In this document: piece by piece, positions 22,951 to 38,200 of the stretch
How the letters are laid out: the number at the start of each line of letters is the position of its first letter
Position numbering within the stretch: position 1 is the first letter of the stretch
Origin: the human T2T-CHM13v2.0 reference genome, Homo sapiens
NCBI RefSeq assembly: GCF_009914755.1
Contig: NC_060925.1
DNA length: 64,000 bases
Reading direction: 5' to 3' (one strand)
Translations under genes and position numbers: made by a program
Notes under the pieces: generated by a model
Database searches by the model: none
What the model was told of the DNA's origin: nothing
What the model saw: only the letters and a program-made list of their open reading frames with translations

Positions 22951-23291
22951 ATTATGCCATAGCAAGATTGCTTAAAATAGCAACACTCTATATTTAGATT
23001 GTTAAAATAACTAGTGTTGCTTGGACTATTATAATTTAATGCATGTTAGGAAAATTTCACATTAATATTTGCTGACAGCTGACCTTTGTCATCTTTCTTC
23101 TATTTTATTCCCTTTCACAAAATTTTATTCCTATATAGTTTATTGACAATAATTTCAGGTTTTGTAAAGATGCCGGGTTTTATATTTTTATAGACAAATA
23201 ATAAGCAAAGGGAGCACTGGGTTGACTTTCAGGTACTAAATACCTCAACCTATGGTATAATGGTTGACTGGGTTTCTCTGTATAGTACTGG

Positions 23292-23300
23292 CATGGTACG
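23292..23300 (+). promoter_or_regulatory. miR-126-3p target site in the 3'UTR
   Basis: CATGGTACG contains GGTACG, the complement of miR-126-3p seed 2-7 (CGUACC); miR-126 regulation of VCAM1 is established. Confidence 0.75.
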
Positions 23301-23410
23301 GAGATGTTTCACGAAGTTTGTTCATCAGACTCCTGTGCAACTTTCCCAATGTGGCCTAAAAATGCAACTTCTTTTTATTTTCTTTTGTAAATGTTTAGGT
23401 TTTTTTGTAT

Positions 23411-23416
23411 AGTAAA
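23411..23416 (+). terminator. Variant polyadenylation signal AGTAAA (distal, probably the major site)
   Basis: U-rich upstream with TGTA motifs; GU/U-rich downstream (ggttgtatgtttattt at ~23440). Confidence 0.7.
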
Positions 23417-23544
23417 GTGATAATTTCTGGAATTAGAATGGTTGTATGTTTATTTATTATAAACTGCCTCCTTTAGTCACATTGTAGCTCTTTCTGAAGT
23501 GCTAAGTTATAAGAGTAAAATATTCAAACTATGGAAATAATACG

Positions 23545-23685
23545 GATACTCAAAATGTGACCCTCAGACTACTATTATTAAAATTACTGTAGGAACTTGA
23601 TAAAAATGTAGATTTCTTGGTGCCAGACTAAGATATTGAATAGAAGTGTCTAGTTTTTGGTCCTTGGAATCTGCAATTTTTTAAT
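23545..23685. mobile_element. MER5-like hAT DNA transposon fossil
   Basis: tactcaaaatgtg...gaacttgataaaaatgtagatttc...ggaatctgcaatttt. Confidence 0.5.
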
Positions 23686-23907
23686 TTAGAAAAATATACA
23701 TAAAAAGATTTAATGCAGATGAACATGCACATGTTAATGGGCAACAAATGAACACCTGTGTACAGAACATTAAGAGCAAGAGATAGTAAAACTATTCTTC
23801 AGAGCCTTTTATATACCACATAGTGATGGCAGCACTCTTCCCTCACTGAGCAGTAACCCATAAATATTGTGAATCATACATTGATCATTTCCATGCTTCC
23901 TTTGGAG

Positions 23908-24219
23908 TTTTTTTTTTTTTTTTTTTTTTTGAGACGGAGTCTCGCTCTGTCGACCAGGCTGGAGTGCAGTGGCGCCACCTCGCATCTCGGCTGGCTGCAA
24001 GCTCCGCCTCCTGGGTTCACGCCATTCTCCTGCCTCAGTCTCCCTAGTAGCTGGGACTACAGGCGCCCGCCACCACGCCTGGCTAATTTTTTTGTATTTT
24101 TAGTAGAGACGGGGTTTCACTGTGTTAGCCAGGATGGCCTCGATCTCCTGACCTCGTGATCCGCCCGCCTCGGCCTCCCAAAGTGCTGGGATTACAGGTG
24201 TGAGCCACCGCGCCTCGCC
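23908..24219 (-). mobile_element. AluY
   Basis: Full-length CpG-rich Alu with poly-T; TSD cctttggag. Confidence 0.95.
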
Positions 24220-24410
24220 CCTTTGGAGGTTTTATACCTGTCTATGTATCCCTAAGTAGTACATTACTTAGTTTTGCCAGATTTTGCATTTTATATAAAT
24301 ACAATCCAATTATACATTTGCCTTGTAACTATTCTTTCACTCAAAGTTATGTTTTTCATAATACATTTGTGTAGTTATAGGTCATTCATTTTTCTCCACT
24401 TGGAATGGAT

Positions 24411-24758
24411 TTTTTTTAACTTTTAAGTTAAGGGGTACAAGTTTAAGTTTGTTACATGGGTAAACTTGTGTCATGGGGGTCTGTGTTGTACAGATTATTT
24501 TATTACCCAAGTATTAACCCTAGTACCCATTAGCTGATTTTCTTGATCCTCTCCCTCTTCCCACCCTCCTTCCTCCAAAAGGCTCCAGTGTGTGTGTTCC
24601 CCTGTATGTGTCCATGTGTTCTCATCATTTAGCTCCCACTCATGAGTGAGAACATGTGGCATTTGGTTTTCTGTGTTAGTTTGCTAAGGATAATGGCCTC
24701 CAGCTTCATCCATATCTCTGCAAAGAACATGATCTCATTCTTTTTTATGGCTGTATAG
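24411..24758 (-). mobile_element. L1P (L1PA/PB) 3' end insertion
   Basis: L1 3'UTR flanked by TSD ttggaatggattttttt (24400 / 24759). Confidence 0.88.
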
Positions 24759-25647
24759 TTGGAATGGATTTTTTTATACAACGCAGGGTGGGTATGAAAC
24801 AATTGTCCCTATACCATTTATTGAAAAGCTAATTATATATATGAATATATATATTTATATTCATAAATTAATATATATTTCTTTTTATAAATGTCTCTTG
24901 ATTATTCTAGTTTTTGAACTTCCATATAAATTTTAAAGTCATTTTGTTAAGATATAGAACAAAAAATTAGGATTTTTAACTCAACTTATATTGAATATAT
25001 AGATCACTTTGAATAGAACTGATATTTTTAAAGCATTGAGTCTTCTAATCCATGAACATAGTTATTATTTTTAGACTATCTTTGATGTCTTACAGAAATG
25101 TTTTTTTTAATTTCATAAACGCCTTATTCCTTTTAAAAATTTATTTCTATGGAGTTTGGATTTTTATACTATTATTCACAGTATCTTTAAAATTATATTT
25201 ATTTGGGGTATAACTTTCATACAATAAAATTCATTAACTACCACCACAATCAAGAAATGCAACTTTTTTTTTTATCACTTTAAGATTTCCATCAGGCTCC
25301 ACTGCAGTGAATCTCCCCACCCACCACCTCCTCTGGCCCTTGGCAAAAATCAATCTGTTTTCTGTCACTATACTCTTGCCTATTCTAGAATTTTATATAA
25401 ATGAGATTGTACAGTATATAGTCTTTTATGTCTGTCTTCCTTCACTTAGCTTGACTCTCCTGAGGTTTATTTATGTCATTATGTATATCAACGGTTTGTT
25501 ATTTTTTATTGTTAGAGCATTCCACTGAATGCTTATGGTAAAGCTTATTTATCTAGTCATCAGTAGACAATTGGGTTGTTTATGATTTTTGGCTATTGTT
25601 AATAAGTCTGGTATAAATATTTAAATGCAGATATTTATGTGGATATG

Positions 25648-25650
<3 letters not shown>

Positions 25651-25692
<42 letters not shown>
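25651..25692 (+). repeat. (AT)21 microsatellite followed by a GA-rich tract
   Basis: Perfect dinucleotide run. Confidence 0.95.
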
Positions 25693-25694
<2 letters not shown>

Positions 25695-26320
25695 AGAGAG
25701 GGAGAGAAAGAAAGAGAGAGACCTAGGATTTTGGTCCCAGTTACTCTACATCTACATAAACACTTGGCATTTGTATTTTAAATTTTTGCCATTCTAGTGT
25801 TGGGTCATGGTATCTTACTGTAGTTTTAATTTCCCAATAACTAATTAGATTGATCATCTTTTCATATATTTATCATTTTTATATATCTTATTTGGGGAAA
25901 CATCTATTAAAACCCATCACCCAAATTTTTATCAGGTTGTTTGTCTTCTTATTGAATTCTAAGAGTTCTCTTATATATTCTGAATAGAAATTCTTTATGG
26001 AATATACATTTAGCAAATGTTTTCTTTCAGTAATTGCAGTGGCTTGCGTTTTCATTTTTTTTTTAACAGTGGCTTTGCCTATCCCAAGGCAACAAAGATT
26101 TTCTCATTCATTTTTTTCTAGAGGCATCATACTTTTAGTTTTACATTTATGTCTATGACCCAATCCAAATTAATTTTGTGTATGATGTGAGGCCATGGTG
26201 AAAGTCATTTTTGCATATGTGTATTCAACCATTATAGCACATTTTGTTGAAAGGACTTTTTCTCTCATGAATTACCTTGACATTTTTGCAAAGAATCGAT
26301 TGGCCATATTTATGTGGGGC

Positions 26321-26506
<186 letters not shown>

Positions 26507-27807
26507 TGAACTTTCTTTTGTGTTCCATAGATTGATATATCTCTTCATACACAATATGACACTATCATGACTACTGTAGCATTATATTATAAGCCTTGAA
26601 ATCAGATAGTGTGAGATTTCCAATTTTAAACTTCTTCAAAAATTTTTGGCTAGATTAGATCCTTTGCCTTTCCATATGAATTTTAGAATCTGCTTGTCAA
26701 CTTCTGTAAAAAATCCTGCAAGTATTTTTGATTAGGATTCATTGAATCTATACGTTAATTTGGGAAGAATTATCATCTTAAAAATATTGAGTCTTCCAAC
26801 ACACATATGTATAATTTCATCTTCTTAGGTCTTCTTTAGTTTTTTTTCACCAATGTCTTACTGTTTTCAGTGTGCAAGTCTTATACATTCTTGGCTAAAT
26901 TTATCTTTAAGTATATCATTGTTTTTGATGTGGTTATAAATGATATTGGTTTTTAAATTTCAATTTCCAGTTGTTTGTTCCTAATATATGAATATGCAAT
27001 CAATTTTGTATACTGATTGGGTATTCTTCAACCTTGCTAAACTCCCTACTTCAGTTCTAGTAGTTTTTCGTAGATTCTTTAAGATTTTCTACATAGATGA
27101 TCATATCTTCTGAGAATATAGACAGTTTTACTTCTTTCTTTTCAACTTATATTCTGTTACCTTTATTTATTTCACTGGCTAGAACTTCCAGTAATACGTT
27201 GAATAAAGGTAGATAAAGCAGATATTTGTGCTTTAGTCCTAATCTTAGGAAAAAAGGCATTAGGTCATTTACATGTATGATGTAAATGTTATGATGTAAA
27301 ATGTATTTTAACTGTGATGTTAACTGTGAATTATCTTAGATGCTATATCAGGTTGAAAATTCCCTTCTATTCTTTGTTGTTGAGAGATTTTTATAATAAA
27401 TAGATATTGAATTTTGTCAAATACTTGGTATACATCTATTGAGATGATCATGTGGTTTTTCTTGTTTCTTTTTGTGTCTGTTAATATAGAAAACGGCATT
27501 AACTGTTAAATATTGAATGAACTTTTTTTCATTACTGAGGTTAGCTCATTTGGTTGCACCTGTGTTAATGAAGAAAGTTGATCTGCAGTTTTTTTTTCTT
27601 GTAATATCTTTTGTCTAGTTTTGGTATAAGTAATGCTAGCCTCATAGAATGAGTTGGAAAATATTTCCTCCTATTTCATTTTTAGGGACATTTTCTGTAA
27701 AATTGGCCTTATTGCTTCCTTAAACATTTAATAGGATTCACTAGTGAAGCCATCTGGGCCTGGAGTATTCTTCCTGGGAAAGATATTAGCTACAAATCCA
27801 ATTTTTT

Positions 27808-28106
<299 letters not shown>

Positions 28107-28309
28107 TTCAAATTTTTTTTCGCTTGACCACTGACTATTTCAGTTTCCTATTCTTGTTGAGCAAGTTGTGGTAGTTGGTGTCTTTCAGGAAATTTATCCA
28201 TTTCATTTCAGTTGGGTTTACTGCCATTAAGTTGTTTATAATATAAAACATTATTATGCCTTTAATAACTGAAAGATCTTTACAAAGCATTTTGATCTAA
28301 AGGAAAGGG

Positions 28310-29200
28310 GGAACACATCCCATTAAAAATCTGTGATATACAGCTAAAGCAATGCTTAGAGTGTAATGTATAGCACTAAATGTCTACATTGTAAACAAGG
28401 TCTCAAATCAATGATCTATAGTTGTACATAGGAAACTAGAGAAAGGAGATAAAATAAAACTCAAAGTAATCAGGGAAAAGGAAAATTTAAAGATAACATT
28501 AAAAATAATAAACAGGCAAACAGTGATTCAATAAAACCCAAAACTGGTTATTTGAGAAAAATAGCAAAATTCATAAACCTCTAGCCAGACTGATATTGGG
28601 AATGAGAGAGAACACATCACTCCAGATCATGTAGACATTTGCAGGAAAATAAGAAAATTATAAACAAGTTTATGCCAATAAATTTGACAACAATGGACAG
28701 ATTCCTTGAAAGAAACAAATTATCAAAGCTCATTGAAATGGAATAGACAATGTGAATAGCTCTATATCTAATAAAGAAGTTAAATGTGTGGTCTCAAAAG
28801 AAAACTCCAGGCCCAGGTGACTTCATTGGTGAATTCTACCAAACATTTAAAGATGAAATATTACCAATCTTACATAAATTCTTCCTGAAAATGGAAAACG
28901 AGGGCCTTTTTTTAATATCAGGACTTCAACTGATTAAATGAAGCCCACCTACAAACTAATCCGGAGTAACAAAAGGCAACAGATCAGTGGTTGCTTTGGG
29001 GCAGGATGGGAGGTAGCGAGGGATAAATTGCAAAGGAGCACAAAGAAAATTTTTGAATGATGGATATTTTATAATACTAATTGTGGTGATAGTTTCATGG
29101 ATTTCACATATGTCAGACATCAAATCGTATAGTTTAGTATGTGCTGTTTATTATATATCAATCATACCTCTATAAAGCTGTAAAAAATAAAATATTTAAA
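28310..29200 (+). mobile_element. Old L1M fragments (sense)
   Basis: acagctaaagcaatgcttaga, aaaactccaggcccagg...gaattctaccaaacatttaaag, then an L1M 3' end. Confidence 0.8.
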
Positions 29201-29207
29201 AAGAATC

Positions 29208-29508
29208 GCCAGGTGCGGTGGCTTACACCTGTAATCCCCGCACTTTGGGAAGCCAAGGCGGGCAGATCACGAGGTCAGAAGATCGAGACCATCCTGGCTA
29301 ACACGGTGAAACCCCGTCTCTACTAAAAATACAAAAACAAAATTATCTGGGCGTGGTGGCGGGCGCTTGTAGTCCCAGCTACTCAGGAGGCTGAGGCGGA
29401 AGAATGGCGTGAACCTGGGAGGCAGAGCTTGTAGTGAGCTGAGATCGTGTCACTACAATCCAGCCTGGGTGACAGAACGAGACTCCGTCTCAAAAAAAAA
29501 AAAAAAAA
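29208..29508 (+). mobile_element. AluY-like element
   Basis: Full-length Alu; TSD aaaagaatc. Confidence 0.95.
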
Positions 29509-30596
29509 GAATCTATGATATCATATATACACATTTAATACATAAAATAGAATTATGTATACTGTGGATATATCCCCAAATACATTAAACTAGTATTTTA
29601 AAAATTGTACCTTTTTTGACAATAAGATCTGGAAATGTTAAGTTTTGTTCTTTTATTTCTTTGACTTTTCCAATCTGTCCCCTCTTTACCACAAATATCC
29701 ACATTGCTATGGAAGATTTCAGATCGGTACAAAAAATGCAAATAGAACAGTTAATGAACTCTTTTTAGACTTCAAAGGTAGTTTCTTGAACTATGACTAC
29801 ATACAACAACATGGGTGACTCTCACAAAAAGAAGTAAAAGAAACAATTGGTAAAAGAGACCATACTATATAATTTCATTTATATGTAGCTCAAAAGCAGG
29901 CAAAACTAATACATGGTGTTAAAAGTCAGGATATTAGTTACTCCTTTGGTTACAGTGACTAGAAGGAGTAGAAGAGCTCCTTTTGGGTTCTGTTTTTGTT
30001 CTGTTGCTTGATCTGGGTGGTGGAATTTTTAATAAAAATTTACATTTCATAGGCAAATTCTTGAAAATCAAGAGCCTAGACGGATGGGGGGATTAGAGTG
30101 TATGCATTGGAAAGAGAGCAAAGAGAGAAGCAAATTACCTTGCCCACCTCCCTCCCACTTTTCATCTATCCTGGGTAATGAGAAGGAGAGTTATGTGATA
30201 AGACTTTATAGGAGACAGTATAACTTGTGTTCAAAGGGATAACGTGGCATAGAGAGGCCTCAGATAAAGGAGAGATTTCAACACAGAGAGAATGGCAAAC
30301 ACGAGGAAGACTCCTGCAAGCTGAGCCAAGGCATTCAGAGAGACCATACTTGCCTTACACTAGAAACCATCACATCTTTGCAGGGAAGCCAAGTCAGCTG
30401 TGCTCATCACTGCCTAGAGATGGATGCCTAGTAAACAGCTGCCTATAAACCCTTTTCATTTTCGAGTAAGATGCTGTACATGACCTGAAGTTTTGCTGAG
30501 TCCTAGCCCTTGTCAATAACCCAGGGCACTATAAAGTCCCCTTAAGGACAGGGTTAGATTCTTTATTCTTGCTGATTTTGGTTAGGAGGGGCTTTA

Positions 30597-30919
30597 GGCT
30601 GGGCGCGGTGGCTCACCACCTGTAATCTCAGCACTTTAGGAGGCCAAGGCAGGCAGATCACTTGAGCCCAGGCGTTTGAGACCAGCCTGGGCAACATGAC
30701 GAAACCCCATCTCTACCAAAAAGTACCAAAAAATTTGCAAGGAGTGATGGCTCATACCTGTACTCGCAGCTACCCAAGAGGCTGAGGTGGGAGAACCACA
30801 TGAGCCCAGGAAGTCGAGGCTGTGGTAAGCTGTGATCACACCACTGCACTTCAGCCTGGGTGACAGAGTGAGACCCTGTCTAGAAAGAAAGAAAAAGGAA
30901 AGAAAAGAAGGAAAGAAAG

Positions 30920-30950
<31 letters not shown>

Positions 30951-31010
30951 AGGAAAGAAAGAGAAAGAAAGAGGGAGGAAGGAAGGAAGGAAGGGAGGGA
31001 AAGAAAGAAA
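30597..31010 (+). mobile_element. AluJ with its tail expanded into (GAAA)n/(GGAA)n
   Basis: J-type diagnostics (gagcccagg, gtcgaggctg, agaccctgtc) followed by ~125 nt of pure purine repeat. Confidence 0.92.
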
Positions 31011-33134
31011 GCGAGCCTTTAAAGGGACGTCACAGAAATGAGATGGGTAAAGGAAGGCAGGCAAGTCTTAGACCTGGATGGTAGCTGACAACTTTGGGGA
31101 AGAAGAAAACTTTTTTCCCTGACTCTCCTGGTCTCTGAAGTGGGAGTGATTGCTGTTGGATGCAATCACCTTCTCTGGCTGACTGCCATTAAAGTGAAGC
31201 ATAGAAGATACTTGCCAGGGCTTTCCCTCTGCAGCAGATATCCTTGATATTGTTTATAAATCGGAATATGAAACTATCTCATTTATTTGTCCAATATTCT
31301 ACTGGGAAGGAAGTAAATGGTTGATTTCAGTGGAGATACACTAGCACTTTCATAATATTATAATATTATATCAGTAAACTTTTAGTAACCTCATAGATTT
31401 CATTGTCTGGTTTTCTTAGAAATGGATTCAAATCTCACTGTAGACTTTTGATAGTATTGGTTCTCAGCTGCTAGAATATTTTCTGAATTTATGGGAAACT
31501 TGCAATCTCTTATTCTGATTTTGTGGTAGTCAAACCATGACTAAATAACAGGTTGAAAAAATTCATGGCAGTCTACATCATGTAACCATCACCATCACCT
31601 TTTCTGCTCTGGATGAATAATGTAGGAAAATTATCAGACAGAAATCAAGATTGCTTACAAATAAAGAAAAGTCTATACAGGCTCACAAACATTTCTTGAG
31701 GAAATGCATGTTCAAATAATGATCTAACAAAGAAATTTTTAAAAGTCTGATTCCCATATTGAATCCTCAGAAATGTCTCTTTTGCTCTGCTAATTGCAGA
31801 TTTGGGGAATATGCTAGTACCAATCAAAGTGACCACTAAAATTACTGGGGAAGGCAATAACTGGGGTCAATCATCTTATATATTAAGGAGCTTCAGTTTT
31901 CTTTTGTGTAAAATTAAGAGTTTTGGCCAGATAAACTTTAAGATCCCTTCCAATGGGTAACTTTTTCCCCTCACTTTATTTTAGATAAAGTTTTCTTACA
32001 TTTAGCCAAACAGAGGCCTAGGGAATCTTTTTTGTATCCTTTGCTTAATCAACTTCAATGGAGTCTTGAGGAGAAAAATAAAATATTTAAACTAATCCTA
32101 ACACTAACAAGTAATTTCTGCTATGGATTCATAATGGCCAGGCTTCCCTGCAGAGAGAAAAGGAACATTTGTAATGCTCTTGGGAAAAGCTTTTGTTTTA
32201 GTCACAATGATAGTGAAAATTTCACTTCTGAAAAAAAAAAAAAAGAAAAAAAAAAGTGTGCCCTGGCTTTTCAGGCTTTGCTGCTATTGAAGAGCATGGT
32301 TTCTCTCAAAAGGGGCTAATCTGCAAGGCTTGCTTGAGAAGAGTATAACAAATTGAATGGAACCAAATGTCTGGGTTTTTTAGTGAAGAACAATGCTATC
32401 AGGAGAGAGCATTTTATTGTTTTTAGTTCTTTTCTCATTGAAAGGGACTTTGGGGGCATTATGGAGCAGTAAAACATTGCAAAGGCAATGTTTCAGTCTT
32501 GAAAAGAAGAAGAATGAGGAGACGACATTGATTTTGTGGGTAAGGCGGGCATGGTGAATCACCACTAAATTGAATTGTATTGTGATGAATTTTAACTAAC
32601 TTTCTCAAATGAAAGTTTTAGTCTATGTAAAAAGATTTTTAAAATCAGAATTTGTAATTAAGACTGTTATGACTACTTTTCTTCTTTTCTTTAATCCAGC
32701 CTGCATGCAATTACAATTCATTCAATTACCAGGACATTGAATATTATTATGCTAAATCTAACAAGAAGGACTATTAAATATAGAACCTTGAATGCATGAT
32801 AAAAATGAACATTATTACTTTGGCTTGGGGTCATATCTGGTACTTAGAAATTTAGAAATATTCACATGAATCCTACTTAAAAAGCAGCAGACTCAAGGAG
32901 TTGCTTTTCACTGGGATTTCTGTCGTTGTCTTGCCAAGTTTTATGGACACTCGACATTTTTGTGAAAATAATTTCATGCTCCCAGGCAGAAAACTGAAAA
33001 AGCCAGTTTATTTTGCCTTGTGACAATCTCATAAAGCCTTGCTTCTTATTTGTTTGAGTTCCTCTTATTTAAATGGTCTAGTCATTTTTGAGTTAACTCT
33101 TAATGTTACACACTTGCCATTTACTAGTGTCCTG

Positions 33135-33310
33135 GCAGTATTTCCCAACTCTCCTCATCATGAGAATTTCATGGGGTACTCATTAAAAATAGAGAGTCTT
33201 GTGCACTATTCCAAACCTACTGTTATAGACTCCGTTAGGTGGGGCCTGGAAATTAAATTTTTAAAAATATCCGCAGTGATTTTTATGCCTATATTTGGGA
33301 AACACTGTTC
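33135..33310. mobile_element. MER5-like hAT DNA transposon fossil
   Basis: cagtatttcccaact...ggtggggcctggaaatt...tttgggaaacactg with inverted termini. Confidence 0.6.
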
Positions 33311-33363
33311 TAATAAAAGTAAGTGTTTACCCTAGAAGGTATTAATTGAACCTTGAGTTTTGA

Positions 33364-33832
<469 letters not shown>

Positions 33833-35269
33833 TAACTAATAAAATGGGGATAATTTTGAAATGTAAAGCTATTTTCATTTCTGATAATCTCTAATTTCTG
33901 CTTGTCCCACAGTTTCTCCACTCAGCCATTCATTGTTTCATGGAGGCAGAGAGAAGCCAGGTGAGAAAGAATCATTGCTCAGTTTGAGATTTCAACCAGA
34001 TTTATTTAAATCCACAGGAATACAATGGCTTTATAAGGAAGACTATATAGAAAGTAAGACACTTTTCTACATTCCAGAAATTCTTCTAATATAGTAAGAG
34101 CTTCAAGATATAGTGTAATAAACCAGAATATAGAGAAGATGAAAAATGTACAGTAGGCCCCTGATACACAGATGGGGAGAAAGCTCTTCTACTACTGGGA
34201 AGAGAAGCCAAGAAAGAAAAAAGTGACAAGATATTAAACACAAATGTCCTTGCTGCTCTCTGCTTTGGGATCAAATATGGGAGGGGCAATGGAGTAGAAT
34301 CATTTAAATATTTTTGAGGGAACTAAAGAAGCATTGGAATTAGTACTCCCCTTCCCCACAAGTGGAAGCTTCTCAAAGAAGACTTGCATTTTCTAATGCA
34401 GCATGGGAGCAATAGAGAAGCATAGGAAAAGAGGCCTGAGGAGGTTAGCGGACAAGAAGTGACCTGGAACTGGAATTAGAAAACCACAAAGTGTGGGAAC
34501 ATTATGACCAGACAAAATGGCAAGGTCTACAGTTCTCAGTAGTTAATAATGTGATGCCAAGATTAGGCGGGACCAGCTACACTGGCAACACTGCACAGGA
34601 CAATGGTTATCCAGCAGAGGTCAGAATGCGCCAGCAACAGCTTGGGGAGCACAAGACTCCCACTGCCTCCATATGCCCCATGGCACCCGGGAGGAGGAAA
34701 GGAGGGCAGGGAAGGAATATTGAAAGGATCGGTAAATATGAAAAAATGCTTTTAAAGTGAAAGAAATGCTTTCAATTAATTGAAGTACTTTTTCTGGTAT
34801 CAACAGAAATGATGAGTCATGGCAAGAGCAAATCAATGCTAGGTAATAAAGGTTTTTTTGCACATCTGAATTGTAGTGTGAAAATTTCAGCCTGTCATAG
34901 CACCAAATGCAATCTGTTTTTATTCGTCCTGTTTTCAGCGTTGATAGTTGACCACTCCGTAATCCTTAAATCTATTTTTATTACATCACATTATACTAGT
35001 TTTTCTCTTGTTTCTCTGGCTCTTACTTCCCTCACAACCTTCTTTCATGTATTCTTTGAATGTTGTACCATGGATTCCATACTCAGTTCTCCTTTCATTT
35101 TAGATACTCTCCCCTGATGACCTCATCTTTCTTACGGTTTCAATGGTCATAATTTCAAATATACATTCTAAGACTCAGCCTCTCTGCTTCCTGAGATCTA
35201 TTGGTCATCTCCATAGATATCTCATAAGCATCTCAATTTCCATCTGCCTCAAACTGTTCCCCTAGTTGT

Positions 35270-38200
35270 TCACAGAATGAGCTGGAAAGTGTTCTTTCCT
35301 GTTCAATTTTCTGTAACATTTTCTGGAGAATTAGTAATATTTCTTCCTTAAATGCTTCGTAGAATTTATCAGTAAACAATCTTGATCTAAAGTTTTTTGG
35401 TGGAAGATTATTAACCAAAAATTTAATTTTAAAAACATATACAGGGCTATTTAGTCTATCAATTTCTTTTTAAGTGAGCTTTGGTAGTTGTGACTTTCAA
35501 GACAATTGTCTATCCCATCTAAGTTTTAACATTTATTGGCATTAAGTTGTTCCTGATATTCCCTTATTACTATTTTAATGTTTGTAATGTCTATAGTGAT
35601 GTTTCTTCTTTTTGCCTGACCAGATTGGCTAGAGAGTTACAAATATTATTAGTGCTCCCAAAGAATCAGCTTTGATTTCACTGATTTTCTCTTTTATTTA
35701 TATGTTGACAAATTTATTGATTTCTGCTCTAATTTTTATTACCTTTATTACCTTTCTGTTTTCTTTGGATTTGCTTTTTTTTTTTTTTTTAAGTTTCTTA
35801 AATTTAACGTGGAGGCCATTTGTTTCAGACCTTTCTTTTCTTATGTAGGCTGTTAGTACTAAATAGTTCTCCCTGAAGACTACTTTAGTTGTATTCCAGA
35901 CATTTTGATATGATATTTCATTCAATTCAATGTGCTTTCTGATTTCCATTTGAATTGCTTTTTTATTCATGGGTTATTTAGAAGTATTACTTGGTAATTG
36001 TACATTTTATGGTTTTCTATATATCTTTTGATTAATGATATCCAGTTTAATTCAGTTTTTGTCAGAGAACATATAATGTATGAATGTAATCATTTTACAT
36101 TTATTGAGACTTGTTCTATGGCCAGAATATGACATATCTTAATAAATGTTCCATGTGCATGAAAAGAATGTGTAGTTTGCTGCTGTGGGTGGATTGTCCC
36201 ATAAATGTGTATTAAATTGGTTGATAGTATTGTTCAAGTCTTTACAGTTTTGTCCAATTTTTATATCAATTAATTAGAGAGGGATCTTGAAATCTCCAAC
36301 TATATTTTTAGATTTATTTGTTTCTCCTCTCTGTTCTATCAATTTTGCTTCATGTACTTCTAAGTTCTCTTATTAGGTAAATAGTTGTTTATGATTTTTA
36401 TATCCTCTTGATGAATTATGAAAATTGATTAATTTTCATAATTATGTAAAAACCTATTTCCTTGTAAGAATTTTTGCTCTGAAACCTAATTTGTGTCATA
36501 TGAATATAGTCACTCAAGCTGTCTTTTAGTTAGTATTAGCATGTTACAATTTTCTATCCATTGAGTGTCAACCTATTTGTGCATTTATATTTAGAGTGGA
36601 TTTATTGCCGACATAATATAATTGGAACTTGCTTTTCTTGCTAACATGACAATCTTTCCCTTTTAATTGAAATCTTTAGACATTTGTATTTATTGTTATT
36701 GATATGGTTAGTTGAGTTTAAATCTATCATTATGTTATTTGTTTTATATGTGTCCTTTTGTTGTTTTATTCTTACTTTATTGTGGCAAGAACAGTTAATA
36801 TGAATCTACCTTCTTAATAGATCTTTAAGTGTACAATACAACATTGTTAACCAGAGGTACAATTTTGTAAAGGAGATCTCTAGAGCTTATTTATTTTGCA
36901 TTATTGAAGCATCATACTACTGATTAGCAACTCCCCATTTCTCCTTTACTCCAGCCCCTGAAAACCACCATTCTATTCTGCTTCTATCAGACTATTTTAG
37001 ATACTTATATAGTGGAGTCATGTGGTATTTGTATCGGACTGATTTCTTTCACTTAGCATAATGTCCTCCATGCTGTCACATATTGCAGGATTTCCTTCTT
37101 TTTTAAGGCTAATATTCCGTTACATGTATGTGTCACATTTTCTTTATTCATTCATCCATCAGTGGGCGTTTAGGTTGTTCCTACATCTTGGCTATTTTGA
37201 ATAGTGCTGCAATGAACATGAGAGTGCTAATTTTCCTTGAGATTCTGATTTCAATTCTTCTGAATAAATACCCAGAAGTAGAATTGCTGGATCATGTGGG
37301 AATTCTATTTTTAATTTTTTGAGGAACCTCTGTACTGTTTTCCATAATGACTGTATCATTTTGCATTCTTATCAGCAGTATGCAAAGATTCCAGTTTCTC
37401 CGCACCCTTGCCAACACTTACTGTCATATATATTCTAACGGGAGTGAGGCAATATCTCATTGTGGTTTTGATTTTCATTTCCTTGATGATTAGCGCCATT
37501 GAGCATCTTTTTACATATGCGTTGTCCATTTCTATGTCTTCTTTGGAAAAAATGTCTGTTCAAGTCCAGAGCTTAGTTTTTAAACCGGGTTGATAGTTTC
37601 CTTTGCTATTGAGTTGTAAGAGTTTCTAATATCTTTTGGAAATTAACCCATTATCAGATATTTGGTTTGCAAATATTTTCTCCAATTCCATAGGTGCCTT
37701 TTCATTTTGTTGTTTGTGTTCTTTACTGTGTGGAAACCTTTTAATGTGATATAGTCCCACTTGTCTATTTTCAATTTCTGCTTGTGTTTTTGGTGTTATA
37801 ATTATAAATTCATTGCCAGGACCAATGCCATGAATTTTTTCCCCAATCTTTTCTTCTAGGAGTTTTATACTTTCAAGGCTTACATTTAAGTCTTTAATCC
37901 ATTTTGAGTTGATTTTTGTTTATGGTGTAGGATGAATCCCATCTGTTCTTTACTCCATATTTCCTCTTTTCTCTGCCTTCTTTTGGATAGATAGTGTATA
38001 TTTTTTACAATTCTATTTTATCTTCTTTGTTAGCTTAATTGTTATTATTTTATGTTTTGGTTTTTAGTAATTGCTTTAGGGGTTATCGTGCATGCCTTTA
38101 ATTTATCACAATTTACCTTCAAATGATATTATGCCACTTCACATAGAAGAACTTTACAACAGAACTTCTTTACACTTCCTGTTCCCTTTCAGCCTTTGTG

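Larger units (their letters stand above)
4139..23437 (+). other. VCAM1: VCAM1 gene (transcription unit, 9 exons); TSS and 3' end approximate
   Basis: The spliced CDS (64+276+321+267+276+321+267+267+161 = 2220 nt) gives the recognisable 739-aa human VCAM-1, MPGKMVVILGASNIL...EAQKSKV. TSS placed ~25-30 nt after the TATA box; 3' end ~20 nt after AGTAAA. Confidence 0.97.

Noticed and set aside
23869-24159. Alu-derived ORFs (also 27868, 30636, 33413, 46242, 48149, 55794, 58017)
   Set aside because: Standard spurious translations of Alu sequence.
31218-31315. GGGCTTTCCC and GGAAGT motifs as a downstream NF-kB/ETS enhancer
   Set aside because: Imperfect kB match, and short motifs like these are expected by chance; cannot be supported without chromatin data.
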